Origin: a phage
Length of the DNA stretch: 270 bases
Strand: one strand, 5' to 3'
Sequence record: KY785037.1
The translations under genes were made by a program, and so were the position numbers. The notes beneath the pieces are model-generated. The model was not told the DNA's origin. It was given only the letters and a program-made list of their open reading frames with translations, and ran no database searches. How positions within the stretch are numbered: the stretch's first letter is position 1; each line of letters starts with the position of its first letter. Below are positions 1 to 270 of this stretch, in pieces.

Positions 1-270
<270 letters not shown>

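Overview
The whole 270-nt window is an internal fragment of a single, well-known gene: a class A extended-spectrum beta-lactamase of the CTX-M family (CTX-M-1 group), read in frame 1 on the + strand. It translates without stops to [90 protein letters not shown]. The conserved KTG active-site triad is present, and the codon at Ambler position 240 encodes Gly rather than Asp, which is the CTX-M-15-type D240G substitution. The CDS is truncated at both window edges, and the ATG at position 1 is an internal Met codon, not the start. I see no RNA gene, CRISPR array, mobile-element end, promoter or terminator, and no evidence for a novel or undescribed system. This is a clinically important but thoroughly characterised resistance gene. 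All identifications rest on recall of the protein family from the translation; no database search was run.
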